A DNA stretch of 64,000 nt from Desulfobaccales bacterium (GTDB lineage: Bacteria > Desulfobacterota > Desulfobaccia > Desulfobaccales > 0-14-0-80-60-11): NCBI GenBank assembly GCA_052147455.1, contig JBKQKO010000009.1, positions 6,699 through 70,698 on the forward strand, written 5' to 3'. The first letter of the stretch is position 1, and every line of letters starts with the position of its first letter. A model generated the notes under the pieces. It did no database searches. It was not told the origin of the DNA and was given only the letters and a program-made list of their open reading frames with translations. The position numbers were made by a program, and so were the translations under genes. This document shows positions 37,049-45,351 of the stretch, piece after piece.

Positions 37049-37072
37049 TATTTTTCAGCAAAAATACTCAAA

Positions 37073-37546
37073 TTAAAGTTTCTTTATCAATACCACCGCA
37101 TACGCCGCGATCCCCTCTCCCCGCCCGGTGAAGCCCATCTTTTCGGTGGTGGTGGCCTTGAGGTTGAGGTCCTCCGGGTCCAGGCCCAGGATGGGCGCCA
37201 GCCTGGCGCTCATCTCCAGGAAATACGCCCCCAGGCGGGGGGCCTCACACACCACCACGGCATCCAGGTTAACCGGCTGGTAGCCTCGCTGCCTGACGAT
37301 TTCCATGATCTTTTTCAGGAGCAGGAGGCTGGAGATATCCTTGAAGGCCGGGTCATGATCCGGGAAGTGGCGGCCCAGGTCACCGGCGCCCACGGCGCCC
37401 AGGAAGGCGTCGCCGATGGCGTGGCTCAGGACGTCGGCGTCGGAGTGTCCCTGGAGGCCGAGATGATAGGGGATGGCCACTCCCCCCAGGATCAGGGGGC
37501 GCCCCGCCGTAAAGGGGTGGGCGTCATAACCCAGACCGACTTTCAC
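37073..37546 (-). CDS. ispF: 2-C-methyl-D-erythritol 2,4-cyclodiphosphate synthase
   Basis: GLGYDAHPF, GHSDADVLSHAIGDA, ATTTEKMGFTGRGEGIA. Confidence 0.95.
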   Translation of the reverse strand: MKVGLGYDAHPFTAGRPLILGGVAIPYHLGLQGHSDADVLSHAIGDAFLGAVGAGDLGRHFPDHDPAFKDISSLLLLKKIMEIVRQRGYQPVNLDAVVVCEAPRLGAYFLEMSARLAPILGLDPEDLNLKATTTEKMGFTGRGEGIAAYAVVLIKKL

Positions 37547-38252
37547 GCCGTCGTCTCCTCTTTCGCATTAGGGACAGAATCGCCTCCGCCAGGGCCAGAT
37601 CATCGGGGGTGGTGATCTTCAGGTTCAGGGGCGAGCCGGCCACCACCACCACCTGCTGCAGGAGATGCTCCACCAGGGAGGACTCGTCGGTGCCGTAAAA
37701 ATTGTGGCTGTAGGCCTCGGTAAAGGCCCGCCACAGCAAGGCCGCGTGGAATGCCTGGGGCGTTTGAATCTGCCAGATATCCCTGCGCTCCAGGGTATGG
37801 TGGATCTCCCCCGTGGAATTGACGGCCTTCAAGGTATCATGGGCCGGCACTCCCAGGACTGCGCCGCCGTGGCTCCGGGCAGCCTGGATCACCTTCTGGA
37901 CCTGATCCGGAGTGACGAAGGGCCGCACCCCGTCGTGCACCAGGATGATTTCCAAATCATCTTCATTTTGTAAGGCCTTGAGGGCATTGTAGACGCTGTC
38001 CTGGCGTTCCTCGCCCCCCGGTACCAGGCGCAGGACCTTCTTGAAGCCATAGCGGGAGATCACTTTTTCCTGGCAATAGTCCAGTTCATCGGGGTGCACC
38101 ACCAGGGTGACCTCCCGGATCTCCGGGACCTGCTCGAAGACCCCCAGGGTATGGGCCAGGATGGGTTTGCCCGCCAGCAGCAGATAGGGTTTGGGGACCT
38201 TGTGCCCCATGCGTTCCCCGACCCCGGCGGCGGCCACGATGGCGGCAATCAT
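37524..38252 (-). CDS. ispD: 2-C-methyl-D-erythritol 4-phosphate cytidylyltransferase
   Basis: IAAIVAAAGVGERMG, VLVHDGVRPF, QTPQAF. ATG 38252 overlaps the arnD-like stop (ATGA). Confidence 0.9.
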   Translation of the reverse strand: MIAAIVAAAGVGERMGHKVPKPYLLLAGKPILAHTLGVFEQVPEIREVTLVVHPDELDYCQEKVISRYGFKKVLRLVPGGEERQDSVYNALKALQNEDDLEIILVHDGVRPFVTPDQVQKVIQAARSHGGAVLGVPAHDTLKAVNSTGEIHHTLERRDIWQIQTPQAFHAALLWRAFTEAYSHNFYGTDESSLVEHLLQQVVVVAGSPLNLKITTPDDLALAEAILSLMRKRRRRRESRSGL

Positions 38253-39220
38253 AGGCTGGGCCCCCCCCCGCCCTGGCAGGATACCGCGCCGGCCCGCCCG
38301 GGCAGGCGGCGGCAAGCGACCTGTGTCACCGGAATCTTGCCCCGGTCCTTAAGGAGTTCCCGGGCCCAGTCCTCCAGGAGGCAGAAGGCCACCCCTTGCC
38401 GGCGGCAGCGCCGCAAGAGACCGGCGAATTCCTCCAGGAACGGCCCACCTTCCAGCTCGGCGTGGATGGTGAGCACCTGGGGGCGCTCCGGGTTGAGGCG
38501 GGACAGCACCAGCTCAGAAAAATCTCGGGGGCGGCAGCCGTCCAGTCCCAGAAGCTCATCCAGGGTGGGCAGGGTGGTGGGGATCTCCAGGACCGGGGTG
38601 ATGGTCTCTGCGAACCTGGGAAAATAAGGGGTAAAGCCCCGGGTGTCGCTGGCATAAAGGAAATTCTGGGCTGCCAGCGCCGCCCGGCTCGCCGGGCTGC
38701 ACTGCCAGCCAGGGGCCGCGAAGGATTTGGCCGGCCGCCGCAGCAGGGAGACCAGGGTTTGTTGGGCCGCGGCAATCTCCTGGGAGATCTCGGCGAAGGA
38801 AAGCCGGGAAAGCTGGTCGTGCCAGCGCACATGGTCATAGCCGTGCAGCCCCAGCTCATGGCCGGCCGCGCTAATCAGGCCGGGGATCTCCGGGGCCGCG
38901 GCATGGATCAGGGGCGCGGGCAGCAGGGTGCCGTAGCACATGGTTTTGAGGCCGTAAATCACCGGAGCCCGGGTGCGCCACATCTTTTGGAAAAATCCCC
39001 GTTGCCGGAAAACCCGAAAGATAGCACGGCCTGAGTTGTCCGGCCCCAGGGCCAGAAAGAAGCTGGCCCTGACCCCCTCCTCCTCCAGGACCTTAAGCAA
39101 GGCGGGCACCCCGGCTCGATAGCCTTCCAGGGTGTCGACGTCCACCTTGAGGCACAGGCGCGGCGAAGAAGCGGCTTGGGGTTTGCGCTTTCCGGTATTC
39201 GGCGATGATACGGTGGCCAT
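38249..39220 (-). CDS. Polysaccharide deacetylase, ArnD-like deformylase
   Basis: LCLKVDVDTLEGYRAGVPALLKVLEEEGVRASFFLALGPDN and TIHAELEG appear collinear with E. coli ArnD as recalled. The upstream part of the tracked ORF runs through repeat DNA, so I start at M 39220. Confidence 0.7.
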   Translation of the reverse strand: MATVSSPNTGKRKPQAASSPRLCLKVDVDTLEGYRAGVPALLKVLEEEGVRASFFLALGPDNSGRAIFRVFRQRGFFQKMWRTRAPVIYGLKTMCYGTLLPAPLIHAAAPEIPGLISAAGHELGLHGYDHVRWHDQLSRLSFAEISQEIAAAQQTLVSLLRRPAKSFAAPGWQCSPASRAALAAQNFLYASDTRGFTPYFPRFAETITPVLEIPTTLPTLDELLGLDGCRPRDFSELVLSRLNPERPQVLTIHAELEGGPFLEEFAGLLRRCRRQGVAFCLLEDWARELLKDRGKIPVTQVACRRLPGRAGAVSCQGGGGPSL

Positions 39221-39403
39221 ATCCCAATCGTCGCGGTTTCCATCACCTGCCAAAGCTGGGGCCCTGGCTAAAATGGCGTTCCCCGGCAGGAGCTTGGGAA
39301 CGGGAATAAATCCCCTTTTTCCAAAGGGGGGTTTGTCGCCTTGAAAATGCCTAGATGCGACTATCGTGATGTCCCACAATTACCTTAACAAAAGATTCGA
39401 GAT

Positions 39404-39510
39404 AACCCCCCCTCCCTTGAGGGGAGGGGGTTGGGGGGAGGGTGGCAACAGATGGTAAATGAAAGAAAAATTACCACCCCTACCCGGTGTCGCCCCCTCA
39501 AGGGGGAGGG
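39404..39510 (+). repeat. Composite G/C-rich hairpin repeat, copy B
   Basis: See 35478-35590. Confidence 0.85.
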
Positions 39511-39596
39511 AAAAAGACAAAGTATTTATGCAACGTTTCCGTGGGACGCAATAATAGAAGCTGCTGTCGCCGTAGTGTCCCTGGGGAGGCGCAGTT

Positions 39597-39668
39597 AAGG
39601 CGGCGGGCACAGCCCGCCCTGGGCGTGGGCAGGCCAGAGGTGATTTTATAGGGCGGCCTGTGGCCGCC
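39597..39668. repeat. REP-like hairpin pair
   Basis: aaggcggcgggcacagcccgccct ... tatagggcggcctgtggccgcc. Confidence 0.85.
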
Positions 39669-39687
39669 GGATGGGAGGAAATCCGGC

Positions 39688-40854
39688 CTACAGCCCCAAG
39701 GGAGCCAGGTAGCGCCGCTGGATTTCGGCCTGCAGCCAGTCGCCGCGGGCGCTCTCCCGGCGGTCCAGGAGATCATGCAAGTCCCCGGCCACCTGCCGCA
39801 GACGGACGAGGATCTGCTCCCGGGCCCCGGCCAGCGGCCCCCAATCCCCGGAGTCACGCAGGCGCCAAAAGGCCGGCTCCAGCTCCGGCATGAGCGGGGC
39901 GTAAAGGGGAGGCCGCAAGGCCAGCAGCAGCGCCAGGGAAGCCAGGCGGCGCTCCTCGATCAGGTAGGCGAGGCGGCCCCATTCGTTGACTTCCGCCAGG
40001 GCGTCTTTCAGGGTCCGGAGCCACAGCTCCAGGCGGCTATGGGGAGCAAGGTCCAAAAGCGCGGCAAAGGCTGGTCCCAGGCTGGGCTCCAGAGCCTCCC
40101 CAACTTCGTGGTGGATGACGGCCTCCAACTCCCCGGCCAGGAAGACCTCAAACCCGGGCCAATGGGCCGCAGGGTCCCGGAGCAGGCTGGCCAGCTCCAG
40201 CCCGTAAGCCCCCAGGGCCACTTGCAGAAAGGGTTTGTGCTGCTGGATGGGGTCGGAGACGCGGTCCCAAAGGTAGAATTCCCAGGCCTGCCGGCGGACG
40301 TAAATCCAGGGCCCCTGGCGCAAGGCCGGGGCGCCGTCCAGGTCCCGGGCCAGTTCCCGGCCCAGCAACAAGATGGTCAGGTCACCCCGGCGCCGGACTT
40401 CTTGCAGTTCAGCCAGGAAACAGGTGGGAGTCTGCCCCCGGCTCAGGCCGGCGCCATAGGCGAATCCCAGGGGAATCAGGCGCCGGTTGATGGCGGCCAC
40501 CGCCAGAGGCTGGAAGCGCCGCCTTCCTAAGGGGAGCCGCTGCCAGGCGGCTTCTTGCAGGCTATCCCAGGCAAGCTCCCTGGCTTCAATCCACTCCAGC
40601 ACTGCGGCGGGTTCCGGCTCCCGCCAGGGTGGCAGGAGATGTTCCCATTTATAGAGCTGCCGCAGCCTAAGCAGGGCGCCGCACAGGGAGTAGCCCCCGG
40701 CCTGGGTGGCCGCGGCCACCTGACAATTAGAGGCCACCCGGTCCAGGAAGGTTGGGGGGAGCATCAATGGGGCGCGGCCCCGGGTCATTCCTGGCCGCGG
40801 CGCCTGGAAATCTGCGCTTGGGATCGAGGGAATCCTCCCTGAAGGCCGGCTCAT
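39688..40854 (-). CDS. Conserved hypothetical protein (388 aa)
   Basis: Long ORF in the coding strand context. Its start overlaps the stop of the upstream TPR gene by 4 nt. No motif recognised. Confidence 0.5.
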   Translation of the reverse strand: MSRPSGRIPSIPSADFQAPRPGMTRGRAPLMLPPTFLDRVASNCQVAAATQAGGYSLCGALLRLRQLYKWEHLLPPWREPEPAAVLEWIEARELAWDSLQEAAWQRLPLGRRRFQPLAVAAINRRLIPLGFAYGAGLSRGQTPTCFLAELQEVRRRGDLTILLLGRELARDLDGAPALRQGPWIYVRRQAWEFYLWDRVSDPIQQHKPFLQVALGAYGLELASLLRDPAAHWPGFEVFLAGELEAVIHHEVGEALEPSLGPAFAALLDLAPHSRLELWLRTLKDALAEVNEWGRLAYLIEERRLASLALLLALRPPLYAPLMPELEPAFWRLRDSGDWGPLAGAREQILVRLRQVAGDLHDLLDRRESARGDWLQAEIQRRYLAPLGL

Positions 40855-41615
40855 TGGCGAATCTGGTCCACCAGCTTCTGGGCCAGATCCTTGTCCAGGC
40901 CCTGGAGGGTCTTGAATTCCCGGTTGGCGGCCGCGACGTCCCCGGCCCTGGCATAGTAAGCGCTCAGGGCATAATGGACCTGGGGATCTTTGGGGTCCAG
41001 GGCCGCCGCTTCCTTCAGCTCTTTGCCGCCCTCCTCCAGTTGGCCCAGGTTGAGGTAGGCCAGTCCCAGGTTGCGGTGGGCCCGGGCCATGTCCGGCTGT
41101 AATTTGACGGCCTGGGCGAACTCCGCCAGGGCTTCCCGATCCCGGTTCATTTTGCCCAGGGCCAGCCCCAGGCGGTAGTGGTTCTCAGGGTCGTCGGGGC
41201 GCAGGCGCAACGCCTTCAAGAAGGCGTCCCGGGCCTCCGGAAAACGCTCCATTTTCATATAGGCCGCTCCCAGATTTCCCTGGGCCATGGCCGACCTGGG
41301 CTGCAGGCGCACGACCTCCTTAAACGCCTGAACCGCTTCCGGGTAGCGGTTCAAATTGGCATAGGCCAGACCTAACTGCTGCCGGGCCTCGACATAATCG
41401 GGCTCCAGGAGGATGGCCTTCTGGTATGCCTGGATCGCTTCCTCGACGTGGCCGCTCTGTTCCAAACCCTGAGCCTGATGAAAAAGGTCCACGGCCTTGG
41501 CCGGGACTCCGGATTCTTCCTCATAGCGGTCCACCTGGGCCGCAAGCGGTCCAGCCAGGAAGGTCAGGCAGATCAAGACGGCCAGTGAGGCTCGTCCTGC
41601 CGCAATTTTCAGCAT
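40851..41615 (-). CDS. Secreted TPR-repeat protein
   Basis: Signal-like LAVLICLTFLAGPLAAQ, then six or more TPR units (AIQAYQKAILLEPDYVEARQQLG, etc.). Confidence 0.8.
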   Translation of the reverse strand: MLKIAAGRASLAVLICLTFLAGPLAAQVDRYEEESGVPAKAVDLFHQAQGLEQSGHVEEAIQAYQKAILLEPDYVEARQQLGLAYANLNRYPEAVQAFKEVVRLQPRSAMAQGNLGAAYMKMERFPEARDAFLKALRLRPDDPENHYRLGLALGKMNRDREALAEFAQAVKLQPDMARAHRNLGLAYLNLGQLEEGGKELKEAAALDPKDPQVHYALSAYYARAGDVAAANREFKTLQGLDKDLAQKLVDQIRQ

Positions 41616-41731
41616 TATTGGTTCTCCAGGGGGAAGGATTTTCCATCAGTATATTAAAAAATCGCCGGGAAGGGGAGGGGATGGGAGGGGATCAGGGTGA
41701 GCCGGTTTCCTAAAGGCAAATTAATATGGGT

Positions 41732-41831
41732 AGGTTGTGGGACGAGACCCTTACGGCCCTCCTTAACGCTTCCAACTTATAGGGCGGCCTGTGGCCGCCT
41801 CCCATGGGGCGCCCCAAAGCGGCGGGCGCAG
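41732..41831 (+). repeat. Island-flanking direct repeat, left copy
   Basis: acgagacccttacggccctccttaacgcttccaacttatagggcggcctgtggccgcctcccatggggcgccccaaagcggcgggcgcagcccgccctat. About 85 % identical by eye to 45447-45547, same orientation. Confidence 0.9.
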
Positions 41832-41887
41832 CCCGCCCTATTTTGAGCTGCAAGATTTAAGAGATTGTGGCGGTGTTTGGTCGGCTC

Positions 41888-42172
41888 TTACTTTCCGATT
41901 CTGGCTCTAAACGGATTACTTTTCTTCCAGCCAGCGTCGGACTTCCTGTCTACCTTAAATACCTTTATGTCCGCATCTGATTTATCGTTTACCCAATAAA
42001 TCTTGAAATCCGCATCTGATTTTCGCTGTACATAGAACCAAAGAGCGTCCCCCTTGGCGTCTGAATCACGATCAACCACATGAAAGAGGAGGTCTGCGTC
42101 GCTCTTCCGATCTACTTCAAAGACATTCGCATCTGCGTCTGATTCACGATTTACGACGAAGATTTTAGCCAT
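41888..42172 (-). CDS. Small repeat protein (six SDA[DKG]-centred units)
   Basis: MAKIFVVNRESDADANVFEVDRKSDADLLFHVVDRDSDAKGDALWFYVQRKSDADFKIYWVNDKSDADIKVFKVDRKSDAGW. Strong Shine-Dalgarno AAGGAGAA. Confidence 0.6.
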   Translation of the reverse strand: MAKIFVVNRESDADANVFEVDRKSDADLLFHVVDRDSDAKGDALWFYVQRKSDADFKIYWVNDKSDADIKVFKVDRKSDAGWKKSNPFRARIGK

Positions 42173-42210
42173 GGTTTTCTCCTTTTCGCCTTAGTTGGTA
42201 TCATTTGACA

Positions 42211-43179
42211 TCACACCGAGTTCTTTTCTATCATGCTTAGAAATTCGCTTAGGGGGAGCATACAGATGCCATGCAATCCATAACCGGCAAAGCTTGCTAC
42301 AAAAAATCTCAAGTCAAAACGCTCCGACTGTCCGTATTCGACAATTTCAGGATGTTTGAGTATGTTTATTAGTTTTGGACTACGCGGATTGTGATTGGCC
42401 AACAGAAAGATCACTTCAGGTGGTTTATCTTTAGATAGCTTAAGTTTTGTGAAGTTGCTAGACCGATTGAACCGGAGCAATTCTAAATCAGCGAGTTGCT
42501 CGAACTGCGCCTCCATCGTCTCTAACAATGAATTATAGCGTTCACTCGAAATAAATGAATCAATGTCTTTCAAATGTTCGAGTAATCCAGAGATACCACC
42601 AAGCGCAGCATCAGCATATTTCATCTCCATCAAAGCCGCTTTACAGTTGCTACCATCTTTGCGTTCCTTTGCAAGCCAGCGTATTCCTAGCATATCAAAG
42701 CGAGCGCCAAGACCTGAATCGGCAAACTCAATGTCTGTAATAAAATACTCACTTTCATTTGAAATTGTCGAGTAGTTGTTCTCCCGGGCAACCAACTGCT
42801 GGAACTCCCGCTCCGGCTTCTCACGAGTAGTTGCGAAATAGCAGTCCATAATTTCCTTAAGAAATGGGATTGCGTCAATCCATGTCCTAACATGCACAGG
42901 CCCATCGAGGGTATCTGGAAGATCGGGAAGAGGAAGATAATCCTCGCATGTGCCTTCGTATTTCGGATCAAAAGATGCCCGGTATGATTGCTTCGCCGAA
43001 TTGTATTTAACCTTGAGAATATTGCCGCCCCGATAGTAGATATTGATATAATTGTCTCGAATAGCAAGCATGAGTGTGTCATCTCGCTGCACTCGTTTGA
43101 GTATCGGGTGAAGCAGACCTTTATCCTCCAGGTCATGCATAAAAGTTTTGGATAGTTTTCTAATGTTAATCTTATCCAT
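42211..43179 (-). CDS. Uncharacterised protein with a PD-(D/E)XK-like nuclease core
   Basis: EREFQQLVAREN...ARFDMLGIRW...KAALMEMKYAD gives the E / D / E-x-K order. Start taken at MDKINIRK (43179) behind GGAGGA. Confidence 0.55.
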   Translation of the reverse strand: MDKINIRKLSKTFMHDLEDKGLLHPILKRVQRDDTLMLAIRDNYINIYYRGGNILKVKYNSAKQSYRASFDPKYEGTCEDYLPLPDLPDTLDGPVHVRTWIDAIPFLKEIMDCYFATTREKPEREFQQLVARENNYSTISNESEYFITDIEFADSGLGARFDMLGIRWLAKERKDGSNCKAALMEMKYADAALGGISGLLEHLKDIDSFISSERYNSLLETMEAQFEQLADLELLRFNRSSNFTKLKLSKDKPPEVIFLLANHNPRSPKLINILKHPEIVEYGQSERFDLRFFVASFAGYGLHGICMLPLSEFLSMIEKNSV

Positions 43180-43202
43180 CCCAATTCCTCCATGAATATA
43201 AT

Positions 43203-44447
43203 TTATTCGACACCCCACCAGACGCCGTCTTCCTTAATCTTCACCTTATCAAAAAACTCCGGAAAGCGTCCCGGTTCAAACGAATGGATCGGGACCACCG
43301 TCCTGGCGTTGATTGCTCTAGCCAAGCGCTTGAGGTCCGAAATAGAGGCGTGACCGGATGTGTGTATCTGGCTCATGGGAATCCTATGATAATCTAGCCA
43401 ATTAAGAAAGGGGAATATTGACTCCTTCTCCAGATATCCTCCCCAAAGGGAGTAGATAAGCCCGGCTTCCTGCAAACACCCGGCCTGTTCCAGGTCAGTC
43501 GCCATGGAGGGCCGAAAGAGCATGGTGGCATGGGCAGCTATTTCCCGTAATTCCTTTGGAAAAATTCGATTCTTTTTATAGATTTCCAGCAGATGAAAGA
43601 GCTGTTTTCTCTTGACCAGCCGCCGCTGCCACTGCGGAATAAAAACCCGGACGCCGGGCCAATCGCCTTGGGGGATATGAGGATTTTCCGTGGCCCGGAG
43701 GATTACCGCGGTATAGAGGTCGATGATCATTTGGCGCTGGCTTTGCTTGCAGGCTCGAAAAACGGTGACGATACGGTCGATATTTTGGCCGGAGCAATAG
43801 ACCAAGACCATGCCTTTGGTAGATTTCATCTCCTTTATAAAACGGACCTCTAATTCTCTTTCCGTGGGGAATCGTCCCTCTGCCTTCAGGCGCCCGATCG
43901 TGGAGCCTTCCAGGAGCAAAACATCCACATCCTTGGGGGACTTACGTACCAGCCTTTCAAAGAGGGTAGCCTTGGCGCCATGCGCTCGCAGGTCTCCGGT
44001 ATAAAACAGGCGCTTGTTATCGGCGGCAACCAGAAAGGCATAAGCATCATAAGCTGAATGATCAATCAGGTAAGGGGTTATCTCAAAAGGACCCACTTGC
44101 ATTGGTTCCAGGTCCTTCAAGTAGATTGCATTCAGGAACGTGGCCCCCGCAGGGATGAAGTTGGCGGCAGCGTCAAGAATGCGGCTGGCGGCAGCGCCGA
44201 CAAAAATAGGCAGATCAAGCCGCAAGTATTTTGCCAGGCCGTAATGATCCTGGTGGGGGTGGGAGATCACCACTCCCAAAAGGGTTTCATCCTTTTTCCT
44301 GAATCCCGACACTGGAGGCAGCAACGCCTCCGTATCCGGGGCGTCGAGAGGCAGGCCCACTTCCAGAACCAGGCGGTTTCCTTGGGCTTCAATCTCGACG
44401 CAGGTGCCCCCGATCTCCTGGGTCCCCCTATGGATGCACACCCTCAT
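43203..44447 (-). CDS. Beta-CASP-type metallo-beta-lactamase-fold nuclease
   Basis: VVISHPHQDHYG (HxHxDH), LIDHSAYDAY, YTGDL, VLLLEGSTIG (motif A), HTSGHAS (motif B), VVPIHSFE (motif C). Confidence 0.8.
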   Translation of the reverse strand: MRVCIHRGTQEIGGTCVEIEAQGNRLVLEVGLPLDAPDTEALLPPVSGFRKKDETLLGVVISHPHQDHYGLAKYLRLDLPIFVGAAASRILDAAANFIPAGATFLNAIYLKDLEPMQVGPFEITPYLIDHSAYDAYAFLVAADNKRLFYTGDLRAHGAKATLFERLVRKSPKDVDVLLLEGSTIGRLKAEGRFPTERELEVRFIKEMKSTKGMVLVYCSGQNIDRIVTVFRACKQSQRQMIIDLYTAVILRATENPHIPQGDWPGVRVFIPQWQRRLVKRKQLFHLLEIYKKNRIFPKELREIAAHATMLFRPSMATDLEQAGCLQEAGLIYSLWGGYLEKESIFPFLNWLDYHRIPMSQIHTSGHASISDLKRLARAINARTVVPIHSFEPGRFPEFFDKVKIKEDGVWWGVE

Positions 44448-44502
44448 TTTGACTCTTCAACCGATCCTTTAACTCACCCATTGTGAGACTTAATAGGTTT
44501 GT

Positions 44503-44835
44503 TTATAATTTTTCCGTCGCAAAAACAGCACCATCCTTGAGTATATACTCCCCCCTCTGAATGGACTCTTCCTCATCATCAAGCCATTGGATGATTACCT
44601 TTTCCCTTTCCCAAGACTCCATCTTATCAACAGATTTAAAGATTATTGCGGATACCGATAGACAGGGATCACAATAGTACTCCCCCAAAAGATATCCGTC
44701 CTTATCCCGTCCAAATATATAAGTCATTGGAACACTTTTAACGAAATTCCCGCAAAGTCCGCAGGGGAGAGAAACATCAGGATTCTCAAAACGAAATCCT
44801 ATGTGGCTTGGATGATATTTTTCAGATTCACTCAT
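44503..44835 (-). CDS. Cys-rich hypothetical protein (possible zinc ribbon)
   Basis: 110 aa with CGLC ... CDPC pairs about 28 residues apart. AT-rich; same strand as its neighbours. Confidence 0.45.
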   Translation of the reverse strand: MSESEKYHPSHIGFRFENPDVSLPCGLCGNFVKSVPMTYIFGRDKDGYLLGEYYCDPCLSVSAIIFKSVDKMESWEREKVIIQWLDDEEESIQRGEYILKDGAVFATEKL

Positions 44836-45012
44836 AGCTATATCATCGTCTCCCGAATCAAGGCGGGTTTGTCTTTTTAATTGTGCTCGCGTACCATGGT
44901 GACGGCAACATACTATATATTCAAAATTGGAGCCGAGAAATTTACACTTGCAGAAACTTTTTTCAAATTGTTTTAATCGGAGGTGAGAAATGAAGATTTA
45001 GAGCTAATCCCC

Positions 45013-45351
45013 TTATCGTGTAAAAGGCTGTGAATCCGCGCTCTGTTTCTTCATTTGCTTTGCCAATGTCGGCAGGTCCTTGATCGTTTCCCCGGATTTC
45101 TGCTCGGCAAGCCGCAGTTCATAGAGCTTTTGCAGGTTCAGCCAGAACTCCAGGCTGGTCCCGAAGAAATGGCCCAGGCGCAAGGCCGTGTCGCCGGTCA
45201 CGGCGCGCTGGCCGTTCAGGATTTCGGTTATGCGGTTGGTGGGCACCTTGAGCTGGCGCGCCAATGCCGCGGCGCTCATGTCCAGCCCTTCAAGTTGTGC
45301 GGCGAGATGTTCGCCGGGATGTATGGCACTGCGTCCCATAATGCACCTCAT
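45013..45351 (-). CDS. higA: HigA-family antitoxin (XRE-type HTH)
   Basis: IHPGEHLAAQLEGLDMSAAALARQLKVPTNRITEILNGQRAVTGDTALRLGHFFGTSLEFWLNLQ. Its ATG directly follows the higB-remnant stop. Confidence 0.85.
   Translation of the reverse strand: MRCIMGRSAIHPGEHLAAQLEGLDMSAAALARQLKVPTNRITEILNGQRAVTGDTALRLGHFFGTSLEFWLNLQKLYELRLAEQKSGETIKDLPTLAKQMKKQSADSQPFTR

Noticed and set aside
43180-43218. The tracked start at 43218, which would make the 335-aa ORF overlap the beta-CASP gene by 16 nt
   Set aside because: An internal ATG at 43179 has a canonical GGAGGA Shine-Dalgarno at ideal spacing, whereas the upstream extension (MGCRINYIHGGIG) lies over the preceding gene's 3' end. Either start keeps the same operon logic.
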